A stretch of 63,719 nucleotides of DNA, counting the filler, from Octopus bimaculoides (Eukaryota): assembly GCF_001194135.2 (NCBI RefSeq). It is 9 parts of 8 records of this genome, joined end to end, with 100 filler letters (N's around TTAATTAATTAA, not from the genome) between each part and the next. Parts side by side here need not be neighbours in the genome. Positions count along the whole stretch, not along the records: positions 32,665 to 43,621 come from NC_068991.1; positions 43,722 to 45,943 come from NW_026297812.1; positions 46,044 to 47,492 come from NC_068982.1; positions 47,593 to 51,454 come from NW_026309268.1; 5 more parts are not named here. One strand, written 5' to 3'. The notes beneath the pieces were generated by a model that ran no database searches, was not told the origin of the DNA, and saw only the letters and a program-made list of their open reading frames with translations. A program made the translations under genes and the position numbers. Numbering within the stretch: position 1 is the first letter of the stretch; every line of letters starts with the position of its first letter. Positions 34,586-48,029 of this stretch are shown one piece after another.

Positions 34586-36402
34586 TTTTCATCTGAAATA
34601 ATCAAGCTTCTTTCGTCTAGAAGACCATATTNNNNNNNNNNNNNNNNNNNNNNNNNNNNNNNNNNNNNNNNNNNNNNNNNNNNNNNNNNNNNNNNNNNNN
34701 NNNNNNNNNNNNNNNNNNNNNNNNNNNNNNNNNNNNNNNNNNNNNNNNNNNNNNNNNNNNNNNNNNNNNNNNNNNNNNNNNNNNNNNNNNNNNNNNNNNN
34801 NNNNNNNNNNNNNNNNNNNNNNNNNNNNNNNNNNNNNNNNNNNNNNNNNNNNNNNNNNNNNNNNNNNNNNNNNNNNNNNNNNNNNNNNNNNNNNNNNNNN
34901 NNNNNNNNNNNNNNNNNNNNNNNNNNNNNNNNNNNNNNNNNNNNNNNNNNNNNNNNNNNNNNNNNNNNNNNNNNNNNNNNNNNNNNNNNNNNNNNNNNNN
35001 NNNNNNNNNNNNNNNNNNNNNNNNNNNNNNNNNNNNNNNNNNNNNNNNNNNNNNNNNNNNNNNNNNNNNNNNNNNNNNNNNNNNNNNNNNNNNNNNNNNN
35101 NNNNNNNNNNNNNNNNNNNNNNNNNNNNNNNNNNNNNNNNNNNNNNNNNNNNNNNNNNNNNNNNNNNNNNNNNNNNNNNNNNNNNNNNNNNNNNNNNNNN
35201 NNNNNNNNNNNNNNNNNNNNNNNNNNNNNNNNNNNNNNNNNNNNNNNNNNNNNNNNNNNNNNNNNNNNNNNNNNNNNNNNNNNNNNNNNNNNNNNNNNNN
35301 NNNNNNNNNNNNNNNNNNNNNNNNNNNNNNNNNNNNNNNNNNNNNNNNNNNNNNNNNNNNNNNNNNNNNNNNNNNNNATATATATATATATATACTATAC
35401 ACATATACTTATGTATATAAATTTATCCACGCCTACTCATGCATATATCTAAACTAACGAGATTGCCAAAGGAGACGGAATGTATGACAATGTATCATCT
35501 TCTATTCGCAATATTTTTATGTCTTCCTTTGAGCTCTATAATTTGTTGAATAAAAACAATTGCAGTAACATTTCATATGAAAACTATGTTTTACAAGAGA
35601 TACTCAGATACTCGGATAATCTACTCGGAATGTTTTTCAGATTTAGCAAAAAATATCAAAGCGAACAACGAGGTTGAAAATATGCAATAACATAGCTTAA
35701 ACATAAGAAAATTAACATAACGACGGGTTATTATTAAAATAGATCGGCTAGATATTATAAATCAAATAATTCAGAACAAGACTACCCATCGATATGCTTC
35801 AAAAGAGATGAAACAGATGAAATACTGGAATAAATAGATAAATAAAGAGAGAGAGAAAAAAAAAAAGACAAAAGAAAGGAAGGAAAATATATAAAATAGA
35901 TTAACATCAAATGCTATGGTGAACGTAAGAAATAAGATTAAGGTGTCAACTATCTTCATATCCCAGCTATTAACTCCTGGTTTAACATAATAAAGTGAAT
36001 GGTAAGTGAATTGGAAATTGCGTAGCGTTTTTTATTGAAAAGTGAAAAGCTACAGCCAGCATTATTCCGAATTGTCTAATCTGAAACTGATATTAATCAA
36101 AGAGCGAAAAAAAAAAGATAAAACGAAAAAGAGATGATTACAGAATAATCTTCCAAATAAAATATTACTTGTGAGGAATCAGAAAAAGTTTTCGAAGTCC
36201 ACGAATTTTCATGAGCAGCGTGAAGGTAAGAAAATAAATTAAAATATATTGATGATATTTCGGGTGTAGAATAACGGCAGCGAGCTGGCAGAATTGTGAT
36301 GGGATAGAATACTTCTCAGTATTTGTTTCGGCTCCGTTCGCCCTTATTGACCCCAGTACTTGACTGGTACTTAAATGTGTCGACCGCGAAAGGATGAAAA
36401 GC

Positions 36403-36605
36403 TGTGGAAATGAGTTGCGACGTCACAGGTGCCAAACTGTATCGGCCCCTTTGCCTTTCCCTTGGATAACATCAGTGGCGTGAAGAGGGGAGGCCGGTAT
36501 ACATGGGCGACTGGTGGTCTTCCATAAAGAACCTTGCCCGGACTTGTGCTTGAGAGGGTAACTTTCTAGGTGCAATCCCATGGTCATTCGTGACCGAAAG
36601 GGGTC
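36403..36605 (+). mobile_element. 3' half of a CORE-type SINE
   Basis: GCTGTGGAAATGAGTTGCGACGTCAC..GTGCCAAACTGTATCGGCC..TTTGCCTTT...GTCATTCGTGACCGA, homologous to 61707-61935. Confidence 0.7.
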
Positions 36606-36612
36606 TCCTATA

Positions 36613-36668
<56 letters not shown>

Positions 36669-36672
<4 letters not shown>

Positions 36673-36879
36673 GTGCTGAAAAGTTCCTGCTTTGGAGTAA
36701 AATAAAATACAGGAGGATCAATTAATTATGATTTTATTCAACATATTCACTCAGATTCTCACACTTATTGTAGAGATCCTTCAATTTTTCTAAGCCCTGT
36801 AAAAGAACCCGGAAGTTTGGGCCTCCAACCAGGCTTTTTGTGACACCCTTAAAGCCAGGAACTTTTCAGCAACCCCTCG
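36669..36879. mobile_element. mariner-derived MITE, copy 2
   Basis: GTGCTGAAAAGTTCCTG ... CCAGGAACTTTTCAGCAACCCCTCG|TA; homologous to 23635-23847. Confidence 0.8.
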
Positions 36880-37177
36880 TAGATATAGATATATACACAT
36901 GGTAACACGGTTCTCCATTTTGTTTTTTAGATTTAGGTTATGACGTCATACCGGCGCACTGCCTGCTGCGCTACCGTTATGAAATCGTTAATATATTGAC
37001 TTGGTATTAGATATTGATTCGCTTATGGCAAGTATCCCTTATATTCGAGAGTTTGTAACACTTCTAATTATCACTCCATACAGTTATTTATTTATTTAAC
37101 AGTTTATTTATCCGCTTTATTTTCCTGTGTAACTTGCGCAGCCTCTACTTGCGTCACTGTCTTTTGATCTTCAGATC

Positions 37178-37221
<44 letters not shown>

Positions 37222-37390
37222 CGTGTGCGTGTGTGCGCGCGTGTGCGTGTGTGTGTGTGTGTACAGAGAGAGAGGAAGGGAGCGAGAGAGGGAGAGAAAG
37301 ATGTATACATACGTCATACATTCATTCACACACATACACACGCGCATATCTAAATCCATGTATCTATATGCATGTGTGTGTATGTATGTG

Positions 37391-37428
<38 letters not shown>

Positions 37429-37799
37429 TCAATACCGCATACTTAATCCAAATACTTACATATAGATACATATATAGAGAGAGAGATAGGTATACATATT
37501 TATATACACACACACACACACACACCTGCATCCGAATCGTTTTAGCATCCCTGATAATATAAACTCGCTCCACACTCCTACAACCATCCTCATCTCTCCA
37601 TGGCTGTCAGAGTTTTTATTATACGTTATTATCAGACTCCACATCATAGGAACGTTTCTTCTTAGTCATTTCTGACTCCATTACTTTTTTTTTCCTATCT
37701 ACGCCATATTGCTCTCCCGTTTGTTGCGCTGTTTGAAATCATTTCTTTTATTTGTAAATTGTTGAATGCAGCTTCTAAGGAGTCACTGGAAGTGGTTTT

Positions 37800-38074
37800 T
37801 GTTTTTGTCTTTTATTTGTTTCACTCGAAACACTGCAGCCATACCGTGGCATTGATTTGATGGGTTTACTCGAAAAAAAAATCGATCCCCAGTTTTTATT
37901 TATAAGTGTGATACTTATTTCATCAGTTTCTCAAGCCGAACTGCTAAGTTAGGACGACATAAACACACCTGTTGTCAAGCGATGAGGAGAACAGTCATAA
38001 ACGATGACACACACACAGTTACACGCACAAAGATATGCACGCAGCCATGTATATCTATCTGATCTATCTATCAA

Positions 38075-38111
<37 letters not shown>

Positions 38112-38378
38112 NNNNNNNNNNNNNNNNNNNNNNNNNNNNNNNNNNNNNNNNNNNNNNNNNNNNNNNNNNNNNNNNNNNNNNNNNNNNNNNNNNNNNNNNN
38201 NNNNNNNNNNNNNNNNNNNNNNNNNNNNNNNNNNNNNNNNNNNNNNNNNNNNNNNNNNNNNNNNNNNNNNNNNNNNNNNNNNNNNNNNNNNNNNNNNNNN
38301 NNNNNNNNNNNNNNNNNNNNNNNNNNNNNNNNNNNNNNNNNNNNNNNNNNNNNNNNNNNNNNNNNNNNNNNNNNNNNN

Positions 38379-38426
<48 letters not shown>

Positions 38427-38570
38427 CGGGCTTCCACGCAGTCTTCGTCTACCAAATTCACTGACAAGACATTGTTGGTTGACTTGGAGTAATAAAAGAA
38501 GACACTTGTTCAAGGTGCGTGCGCTGGGAATGAACTCGAAACCACAGGATTACAAAGCGAGCTTTTTCAT
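37800..38570 (-). mobile_element. SINE family A (diverged), with the internal microsatellite collapsed into a gap
   Basis: Tail at 37800-37990 (GCCGAACTGCTAAGTTAGGACGACATAAACACACC..TTGTCAAGCG) and head at 38424-38570. Confidence 0.65.
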
Positions 38571-39524
38571 CAGATGCCCACGTCTGCTCTTATACGCTTT
38601 ATCGACTCTAAGCACTTAACAGCTACTGGTGCTTTTTAAAAATATTAATATCAATTGGCCAATTGTTCCTTTCTAATCTGCTTTTTTACAGGCTTCTGAT
38701 GGTGTCTGATGGGAAAACTTCGATTCCCTGCTGCGATCAAGATGCTTTCACCCTCAAATTCTACCCCTGAATCTGTGTTACGATTTTTCTATTTGCACCT
38801 CTTTCATTTTCCCCCGGTATTAACTCTATCCTATTAAGACCTTAAATTGCATTATATTGCATCTGACAGTGACGTTCCAGCCCGGAGGTTCAGGGTTTTT
38901 GGAAGGGTATGGAACCACCCCTTAGTCACCGCTGCTTTCAAGTCTGTCCGATTCGAGTGGTGCCTGCCAAGGGCGCAATATTGGATCAAACAGCTGAAGA
39001 TGAGCCCGCAGCCAAAATGGCTATAAAGAACTCGGATGAGGGGCGGTACCTAGACATGTGTCACACAGACATAACGGTTTGTGGACATGCCTAGATGTCA
39101 GGTAAGTTAATCTCTATAATCAACAGTTAAATGGTCCATGTGCCTCCTGAGTAGGATCTGGAGAATGAGAATCTAGCAGAGCAAAGTGTAATTAAACCGA
39201 GAGAAGGTAACGGGAGACCACTGACATATCTTTCGTAACAAAAACACATCTTCAAATTTTGGTATGGAAGTCCATAACCGCCAACACCTTTAGGCTTGGT
39301 ATATGAAAAGAGAGAGATTAGCCATATGAGGCTTTTCTTGCTATCGTTTTAGTACAGCATTCTTTAGCTCCTGTTTCTGCTTAGATTTTATCTTTCTTAT
39401 AACTTCTGTTGTTGCTTCACTCTTCTCTTCACAACTGTTGACCATTTCAGCCTCGCTTTTTGCGTGGGCATTGGAGTGGGGAGGTCGTCTTTGAAATCCG
39501 TTTTTTGTATTGTGTCTTTTTTTA

Positions 39525-39950
39525 TCTTTTGTCGCTTGTTTCAGTCACTGGATTGCGGCCTTGAGCGGTTTAGATGAACAAATCGATGATGATACTTTTT
39601 TTTAAGCCTTGTACTAATTCTGTTGGTGTGTCTCTACTGAACCACTAAGTTACGGGGATGTAAACAAACTACATCCGATTATCAAGCCGTGGTGGGTGAC
39701 AAACACAAAAACACACATATAGACATATACATATAAACACGCACGCACACACACACACACACATACGTATGTATGTATGTATGTATGTATGTACGATGGC
39801 TTCTTTCAGTTTCCGTCAACCAAATCCAATCACAAGGCTTTGGTCGGTCCGCGGCCATAGGAGAAGACACTCACCTAAGGTGCTACGCCGTGGGACTGAA
39901 CCTAGAACCAGGTGGTTGGGAAGCAAACTTCTTACCACACAGCCTCAACT
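39525..39950 (-). mobile_element. SINE family A, near full length
   Basis: Tail at 39525-39715, (CA)/(TATG) linker, head at 39795-39945. Confidence 0.8.
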
Positions 39951-40207
39951 TCTTCCACTGTACTCTGTTATATATATATTGTACTCTCTTGTTACCTAAC
40001 AGTTTTCTGTCGGCAGAAGGCCTCTAAGTCCTTGTTTCATTATAAATATCATTTTTCTCTGACAGATTTTGAGCAATATGCTCTAAACCCAGTAATTCTT
40101 CCTGTTTATGTATTCATATCGATTCACACAAATTCACTTAGCGTCCAGTTAGGACTACCATGCTTATAGCTTATTATTGCAACAGCTAAAGTATTGATGC
40201 CTATTAC

Positions 40208-40364
40208 CAGGGGCGGACTGAGCCGTCGGTCAACCGGACACTGCCCGAGGGCCCGGAGCTCTGAGGAGCCCGCACTCTACATGTTAACTCTCTTTGATAT
40301 CAATGCTAAAGGACCCGGGGAACAGTTGTGCCCGAGGGTCCTTAATACTCTCCGTCCGCCCCTG
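40208..40364. mobile_element. hAT-superfamily MITE with a perfect 8-bp TSD
   Basis: CCTATTAC (40200-40207) | CAGGGCGGACTGAG ... CTCCGTCCGCCCCTG | CCTATTAC (40365-40372). Confidence 0.9.
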
Positions 40365-41158
40365 CCTATTACAGTATTTTTGCATTTGGCACTGTCTTAA
40401 CTATTTAGCTAATGTGCCAATAATATTCTTTCCAAACTCTTTCGTTTTTCTATGTGTTGTAATGAATGCAGTTCATTGATTCTTAAATGTTTGCACGTCT
40501 CTGCTTTATCTAATTCTCTTATTACGGTGTCATTGTCTGAAATAATATTATTATCTTTAATTTATTTTTCCCTCTTCAAGGTTATCTGAGCGCATTTTTC
40601 TAATTTGAATATATGTATGTGTATGTGTGTGTATGTGTATGTGTATGTTTCCGCGCGCGCGCGTGAGTATATGTGTGTGAATATATATNNNNNNNNNNNN
40701 NNNNNNNNNNNNNNNNNNNNNNNNNNNNNNNNNNNNNNNNNNNNNNNNNNNNNNNNNNNNNNNNNNNNNNNNNNNNNNNNNNNNNNNNNNNNNNNNNNNN
40801 NNNNNNNNNNNNNNNNNNNNNNNNNNNNNNNNNNNNNNNNNNNNNNNNNNNNNNNNNNNNNNNNNNNNNNNNNNNNNNNNNNNNNNNNNNNNNNNNNNNN
40901 NNNNNNNNNNNNNNNNNNNNNNNNNNNNNNNNNNNNNNNNNNNNNNNNNNNNNNNNNNNNNNNNNNNNNNNNNNNNNNNNNNNNNNNNNNNNNNNNNNNN
41001 NNNNNNNNNNNNNNNNNNNNNNNNNNNNNNNNNNNNNNNNNNNNNNNNNNNNNNNNNNNNNNNNNNNNNNNNNNNNNNNNNNNGTGTATGTATATATATT
41101 ATAGAGAGAGAGAGAGAGAAAGAGAGAAATTATATAATTCTACATGCATATATATACA

Positions 41159-41217
<59 letters not shown>

Positions 41218-43555
41218 CGTGTTGTACAAATGTAAGCGAATTCTAATTGTTAAAACATCAAACAAATAAGATAGACAAGACGAAATACATTATTATTCTT
41301 TGGTATTTAATAATTAGAAAGTGGAAATTGCAACATCGCTTTTGCTTTTAATCTTGAGACATACGCTAGGAATTTCGGATAATCTGTGAAGACTTGCGCA
41401 GATTTACATACATCTTTCAATGTCCGGATTAGTGATATTCATGCTGTGCAGTCATAAGACACGAGCAGATTGTGCAGTTTCCCAGGGCCCTCACGGATTT
41501 AGAGGTCTCATTCTGAACTATTTATACAGTGGCTTGCTGACAATATATAAATACTGTAGGGTTTAGTTCAGTAACTTTCCAGGGGTTCTATGATGCCACC
41601 AAGGCAGCCTTGCATTTAGGATCATTCCATTTAAGGCTGCCATATTTCTAAATATATTTTCACATTCCTTAACATTCTTTCTTATTTTCTTTTTCGAAAA
41701 ATAACTCCTTGGAAGTTATTATAATCCGTTTTTATATTTCCTTTTTTTAATTCCACGTTAAATATTTATTCTATATATACATATACAATGATAGTTAACA
41801 TGCTTGTGAATATTCAAGCGTGAGAAAACCTTTCGCTATGTAAGTAGACCTGAAGGAAATATCTTCTCTTAGATATGTGTGAATACACATCCAGCTTACA
41901 CATGTTGTTTAAGAGATGAAATGTCTCCCGGGTCTATTTCCGCAGCGAAATGTCTTTTCACATTCGAATGTGCACGAGCGTGTTAAATATTATTGTACAG
42001 GCAAAACAACGCCAGATCATATATTCAAAATAAATGGAAGTGGAGAGACAAGTTACTGAAGAGATTGCAAGAGTGCAATGAAATAATTTAACAAAAAACT
42101 ACATAAATTAAATTAATAAAGGACTGAACCAGTGCGTGTGTTTATTACCGGCATAATGCCTCTCCCAAGGTTTAATTGTATTTCTTTCAACACACGTATC
42201 CACATCAAGAATCTTGCACACGAAATACACATACGAAATATATTTTATAATTTAACCCTTCGACTGACTGGAGTCCCGTTCGGTGGAGGGAGGAGATTGA
42301 GGCGAGTGTTGTCATCTCATTCACTTATGCTACGGAAACCGGGATAATCACCGGCCTTATCAATCCTTATCAATCCTATGGTTCATGACTGTCCTAAATC
42401 TCCGCCCCTTTTTCTTCTGTTATTTTCTTCAAAAACAAAAATATTTTATACATACCTATGTTTAGCGCCACCAGGCCCAGTGCAGATTTTTACATTTCTA
42501 TATAGATTCGTTTCAGCCAGTACTTGTATTAAATATCTCTTCAATATTACTTTGAATCCTATTATATTTCCCGTTTGAAATTAAAACTATTGAAAAAACA
42601 AATATGTCTTTTTATTACAATCTTCATTCCACGCAACCAGAAGACGTTCAGTGTCTTTCTTGACAACGCTTCTATTTTTTGTAATTGTTTATAAAAGACA
42701 GGAAGCTGATACTAATTTACCGTTTTCTTTTTATTTCTACTGGATTATCTTATATTTAGACAATCGATTCGTTTTTGCTATGATCTCTGGCAAATTTCAC
42801 ATTGTTACCATCGCTATGTACTTGACATTCAATTACAACAAACTTCTGTTTAATTATGATATTAAGTTGCTATATTTGGGAAGAGTCATAATTAATAAAA
42901 CCTTTATACACACTCACCAGTTGCTTGTCTTTATTTTACTTCATTTTCCTTTTTCGAAAACAGTTGATGTTTGTTTATGTCTCGCTCCAACCCAAATATT
43001 TTTCAGAATATACAATCATTCAGAAGGCTACAGAACAGAGCAGTGAAAAATGTTTTATAAGACATAAACAAATATCAATTCCTTTGGTAAAATAAACGAA
43101 AGTGAAATGTAAACAAACAACAAAAGATTAGTGCGTTTATGAGTCTTATTAATTATGATTTTCCCTTCCCAAGTATAATAGTGTTGGTCTCAACACACGG
43201 CTTCGGATCAAAACACTTGCAAAATAAATTCCAAATTGAAAATGGTAAGTCTCTTCGATTTTGCAGAAGAAACATTTGCAATACAAATATTTTTCCTTTC
43301 TTTTTCATATCTACTAAAGGTTATTTAAACACACACACACACACACATACACACACACACGCACACACACGCACACTGATCTATGTACGTATGTATGCAC
43401 ATACACACACACTCTCTCAAACGCATGCGCAATGCATTTAGCATTTGCTTTGTATATCAAAGGGCTGATTGATAATTTCAGTAATAATTTATGCTTTTGA
43501 AACTTTGATTCTTGGCAATATTTCGGTTTCGATTTGTTGCTATATTATAGTTCAG

Positions 43556-43621
<66 letters not shown>

Positions 43622-43754
43622 NNNNNNNNNNNNNNNNNNNNNNNNNNNNNNNNNNNNNNNNNNNNTTAATTAATTAANNNNNNNNNNNNNNNNNNNNNNN
43701 NNNNNNNNNNNNNNNNNNNNNCACACACACACACACATGTATATATATGTACGC

Positions 43755-44487
43755 GAGAAGACCCGGCAAGCCAAGTGAGAACATAATCTGTGGCCTCTGC
43801 CAGAAGTGTAGCCAGCTCACTTATTCGTATCTTTACTTCATTGGACACTAAACTCTGCTTGCGAAGACCTGTTGAGGCAAGTGAATTTGAAATCTGAAAT
43901 CGAAATCGAACCAAATCCGACGACTGGCACCCATGCCAACCTCTCCTTCATTCGACACTAAACTCTGCTTGCGAAGACCTGTTGGGGCAAGTGAAATTGT
44001 AATTGAACCGTATTCGATGTCTGGCACCTGCACAAGTGGAGCACTAACAGCACTGTCCTAGCGTGTTCATTGCCAGAGCAGCTGTCTGGCTTCCGTGCTA
44101 GTGGCCCATAAATAGTACCATTTGAGCGTGATTGTTACCAGTGTCACCTTCTAGCACTTGTGCTGGTGGCACATTAGAAAATCATTCGAGTGAGGTCGTT
44201 GCCAGTGCCGCTGGACTGGTTCCCATGCAGGTGGCATGTAAAAAAACACCATTTTGAGTGTGGCCGTTGCCAGTACCATGTGACTGGCCCTCATGCTGTT
44301 GGCACGTAAAAGCACCCACTACACTCACGGAGTGGTTGGCGTTAGGAAGGGATCCAGCTGTAGAAACTCTGCCAGATCAGATTGGAGCCTGGTGCAGCCT
44401 TCTGGCTTGCCAGTCCTCAGTCAAATCATCCAACACATGCTAGCATGGAAAGGGGACGTTAAACGATGAGGATGATGATGATGATGA
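43755..44487 (+). mobile_element. Longest family C copy (LINE 3' UTR-like), with ~110-bp and ~80-bp internal duplications
   Basis: CTTCATT.GACACTAAACTCTGCTTGCGAAGACCTGTTG.GGCAAGTGAA occurs twice (about 43836 and 43946). Ends ...CATGCTAGCATGGAAAGGGGACGTTAAACGATGAGGATGATG. Confidence 0.8.
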
Positions 44488-44499
44488 CATACACACACA

Positions 44500-44531
<32 letters not shown>

Positions 44532-44609
44532 TATATGTGTATGTGTATATATATATGTGTGTGTGTATGTATATATATCTAAATATATATATGTGTGTGT
44601 GAGTGTGTA

Positions 44610-45943
44610 TGTACTTGGTAGTCCTGAAAAGTTCCTTGCTGTTGTTAGGTCTTTTCATGAAGACATGATGGGTAAGGTTAATGTTGGAGGTAAAATGTCG
44701 GAGCCCATTTCAATACAAAATGGAGTGAAGCAAGGGGATATTCTGGCACCGACTTTATTCGCCATATATTTTGCGATGGTTTTCTGCATTGCATTCAGAA
44801 ATTGTAGATATGGTGTTTACATCCATTATCGAACCTCTGGCAGCATATTTGATATCAGGCGCTTTGCTGCAAAAACAAAGGTATTTACCTCTATCATAAA
44901 AGACCTTTTGTATGCAGATGATTGTGATCTAGTAGCGCACACAAAGATTGATATGCAACACATTTTGAATGCATTTTCTGATGCTTGCAGTGCCTTAGGT
45001 TTGACAATCAGTCTCAAGAAAACTGTTGTCATGTACCAACCTGCCCATGGTAAGCAGTATATTGAACCAAATATCTATGTGTATGGTAAAAGACTTGGTG
45101 TAGTCGATCAGTTTGTCTACCTGGGAAGCACTGTTAATAGGTATGGCAATTTGGACAATGAAATTCCATACAGAATTAGGAAAGCAAGTGATGCTTTCGG
45201 AAGGCTAGAAAGGCGTCTCTGGGGTCGGCGAGACATATGCAGGAAGACAAAGATAAAGGTGTACAAGGCCTGTGTACTCTCTTCTCTTCTTTATGCCTGC
45301 GAGACCTCGGTCACATATCGATACCACCTTAAACAACTGGAATGTTTCCATCAGATGTGTCTCAGATAGATCCATGGCATTAAGTGGGAGGATCGCATCA
45401 GTGATCTTGAGATATTGGAAAGCTCTCAGTGTGAAAGTGTAGAAGCTCTTGTGTTGAAGCAAAGGCTCAGATGGAGTGGTCATCTGGTCAGGATGAAAGA
45501 TTCAAGGATGCCAAAACAACTCTTTTATGGAGAGTTAGCTAAAGGAGAATGACCTCCACATAAACCAAAAAAGAGATATAAAGACTTGCTGAAGGTTTCC
45601 TTGAGAGATGCCAACATCTCTCCTAACACATGGGAAGGCATGGCTGTTGACCATGGCAGGTGGAGAAGGATTGCGCATGAGGGGACAACTACTTTTGAGA
45701 AATCACGAATTGCACATGAGAAATTAAGGAGGGATGTAAGGAAGGGCATTGTTGTTGCACTTCCAGATGGTAAGGGTCTTCCTATGACACTGACATGCAG
45801 TGTCTGTGCAGGACCGTGCCTCAGTAAAGCTGGACTCATGAGTCATTTTCGTAGTCATAAAGCAAGACTGATGATTGACTACCAGGTCGCTGTTGATGAT
45901 GCTACACACCATACTAATCGTGTCTGTCGGGCATGTGGAAGGG
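44610..45943 (+). mobile_element. RTE (BovB-like) LINE, 5'-truncated RT plus C-terminus, with stops
   Basis: GSPEKFLAVVRSFHEDM, GVKQGDILAPTLFAIYF, LLYADDCDL, GLTISLKKTVVM, FVYLGS, LRWSGHLVRM..RMPKQLFYGEL, and C2H2 CSVCAGPCLSKAGLMSHFRSH. Confidence 0.92.
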
Positions 45944-46043
45944 NNNNNNNNNNNNNNNNNNNNNNNNNNNNNNNNNNNNNNNNNNNNTTAATTAATTAAN
46001 NNNNNNNNNNNNNNNNNNNNNNNNNNNNNNNNNNNNNNNNNNN

Positions 46044-46084
<41 letters not shown>

Positions 46085-46469
46085 TATAGGTATTTATATT
46101 GTATATATATATATATTTATATATATATGTATATATATATGCATAAGTATATATACATATATTCTCTATGTATATATATATATATATGTACATGCATACA
46201 TGCATACATACATGCATACATACATGCATACATACATAAGTGTGTGTATGCGCCTTCGTCTGTGTGTCTGTGTGTCTTTGTATATCTGTATTCATGTATT
46301 TATGCATATATCATCTGCCTTAATTCCCTATATTGACACAAAATTATTTAGAGTGACCTTAACGAGAGTAACCTTGAACTGCTTCCTCCAATCTACGATA
46401 ATGAAAATATGACAACCTGGAGCCCACATTACTGGACCCTGTGATTCAAATATACCTTTTCTCTTTTAT

Positions 46470-46650
46470 CTGTTTCAGTTAATTGACCGCGGCCACGCTA
46501 GGGCACCAACTTGAAACAAATCGCCCCAGAACTTGTTAATTTTTAGGCCATGTACTTATGCTATCGGTTTCTTCTTGCCGAACCACTAAGATAACGGGAA
46601 CGTAAACACACCAACACAGGTTGTGGTGGTGGGAAGACAAATACGCACAT
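46470..46650 (-). mobile_element. SINE family A tail
   Basis: TTGACCGCGGCCACGCTAGGGCACC...TATCGGT..TTGCCGAACCACTAAG..ACGGGAACGTAAACACACCAACAC. Confidence 0.7.
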
Positions 46651-47592
46651 ATGCGCGCGCGCACACACGCACACACACATATACACAACAAAGAAATAGA
46701 AGTTAATCTACAATCTACATGGATTTCATAGCAGTGTATTGAAGACTCACCTAGATACTCTACTATTTGCAATAAGAAAAGAATGAGAATCAGAGTCAGA
46801 AGTTCAAAGGAGAGCATCATTATCAACGATTTCTCACAACAAAAAATTGTGCTAGAGTACGTGTATGGATTGCATAAAGGTTGCTCCAGCTAGGCCACGT
46901 TCTTTTGCCTACAACTGCTGACAAGTTTTAGACTGTAGTGTGGCATCGAACGTTAAACAAGGACGAACCTTGTTAGTACTTACATAGCTTAGTACTTAGA
47001 ATAATAATATAGATTTAATCAAAAGATTAAATGTGGTACTTAAAATGTTTGAGGCAACAGGATTTGGTAGGGTAAAAACCAAAAACAAAATCAAGAGATT
47101 TGGTAAATAAAATTTGAAGAAAAGCAACAAAAATTCAATAGGTTATAGCAGTACGTACGTTTCGTACAAACTTCATTTATTCATGTAGTGAGAACACTAC
47201 TAGTACTTATACAGGTTTGCGAAATCTAGATGCTGCAAGCTTCTCACATTTTACGTGCAGGCTTGGCTGTCAGTAGATAGTAATCGAAAGCTCATCGTAA
47301 AAGAGCGCCTGTTGTATACGTGTATGTGCAGGTGTATGTATGTATGTATTCGTGTAGGTATATATATATATATATATATAAGCAATGTTAATTCTCTAAA
47401 TGAAGTATTAACAGTAACTGCACGATAAAGTGTAGTATATTGCCACTTAAGTGTGGCTGACCCCTAGGGGTGGATGTTACTGTTGCTTTTAGNNNNNNNN
47501 NNNNNNNNNNNNNNNNNNNNNNNNNNNNNNNNNNNNTTAATTAATTAANNNNNNNNNNNNNNNNNNNNNNNNNNNNNNNNNNNNNNNNNNNN

Positions 47593-47633
<41 letters not shown>

Positions 47634-47734
47634 GCAGACAACCAAGGAGATAATGGCGTATATATATATATACATATATATATAGTTTGCGTGTGTGTAT
47701 GAGAGAGAGAGTGCGATAGAGAGGGAGAAAGAGT

Positions 47735-47774
<40 letters not shown>

Positions 47775-47983
47775 CTAAGAAGTTGGCTGTGACACAGGAT
47801 GTGAACATAATTTTCAGGACACATTAATATTCGGACAGACGACAAGTAAATGACACAATGTCGTCCAATTATTTCCAATTAGCAGACGATGAAATAAGGG
47901 TTACTGGCTCGACCTTTACATCTTGTACGTTAATGTGTCAAATACACACACACACACACACAAATACATACATGCATATATCA

Positions 47984-48029
<46 letters not shown>

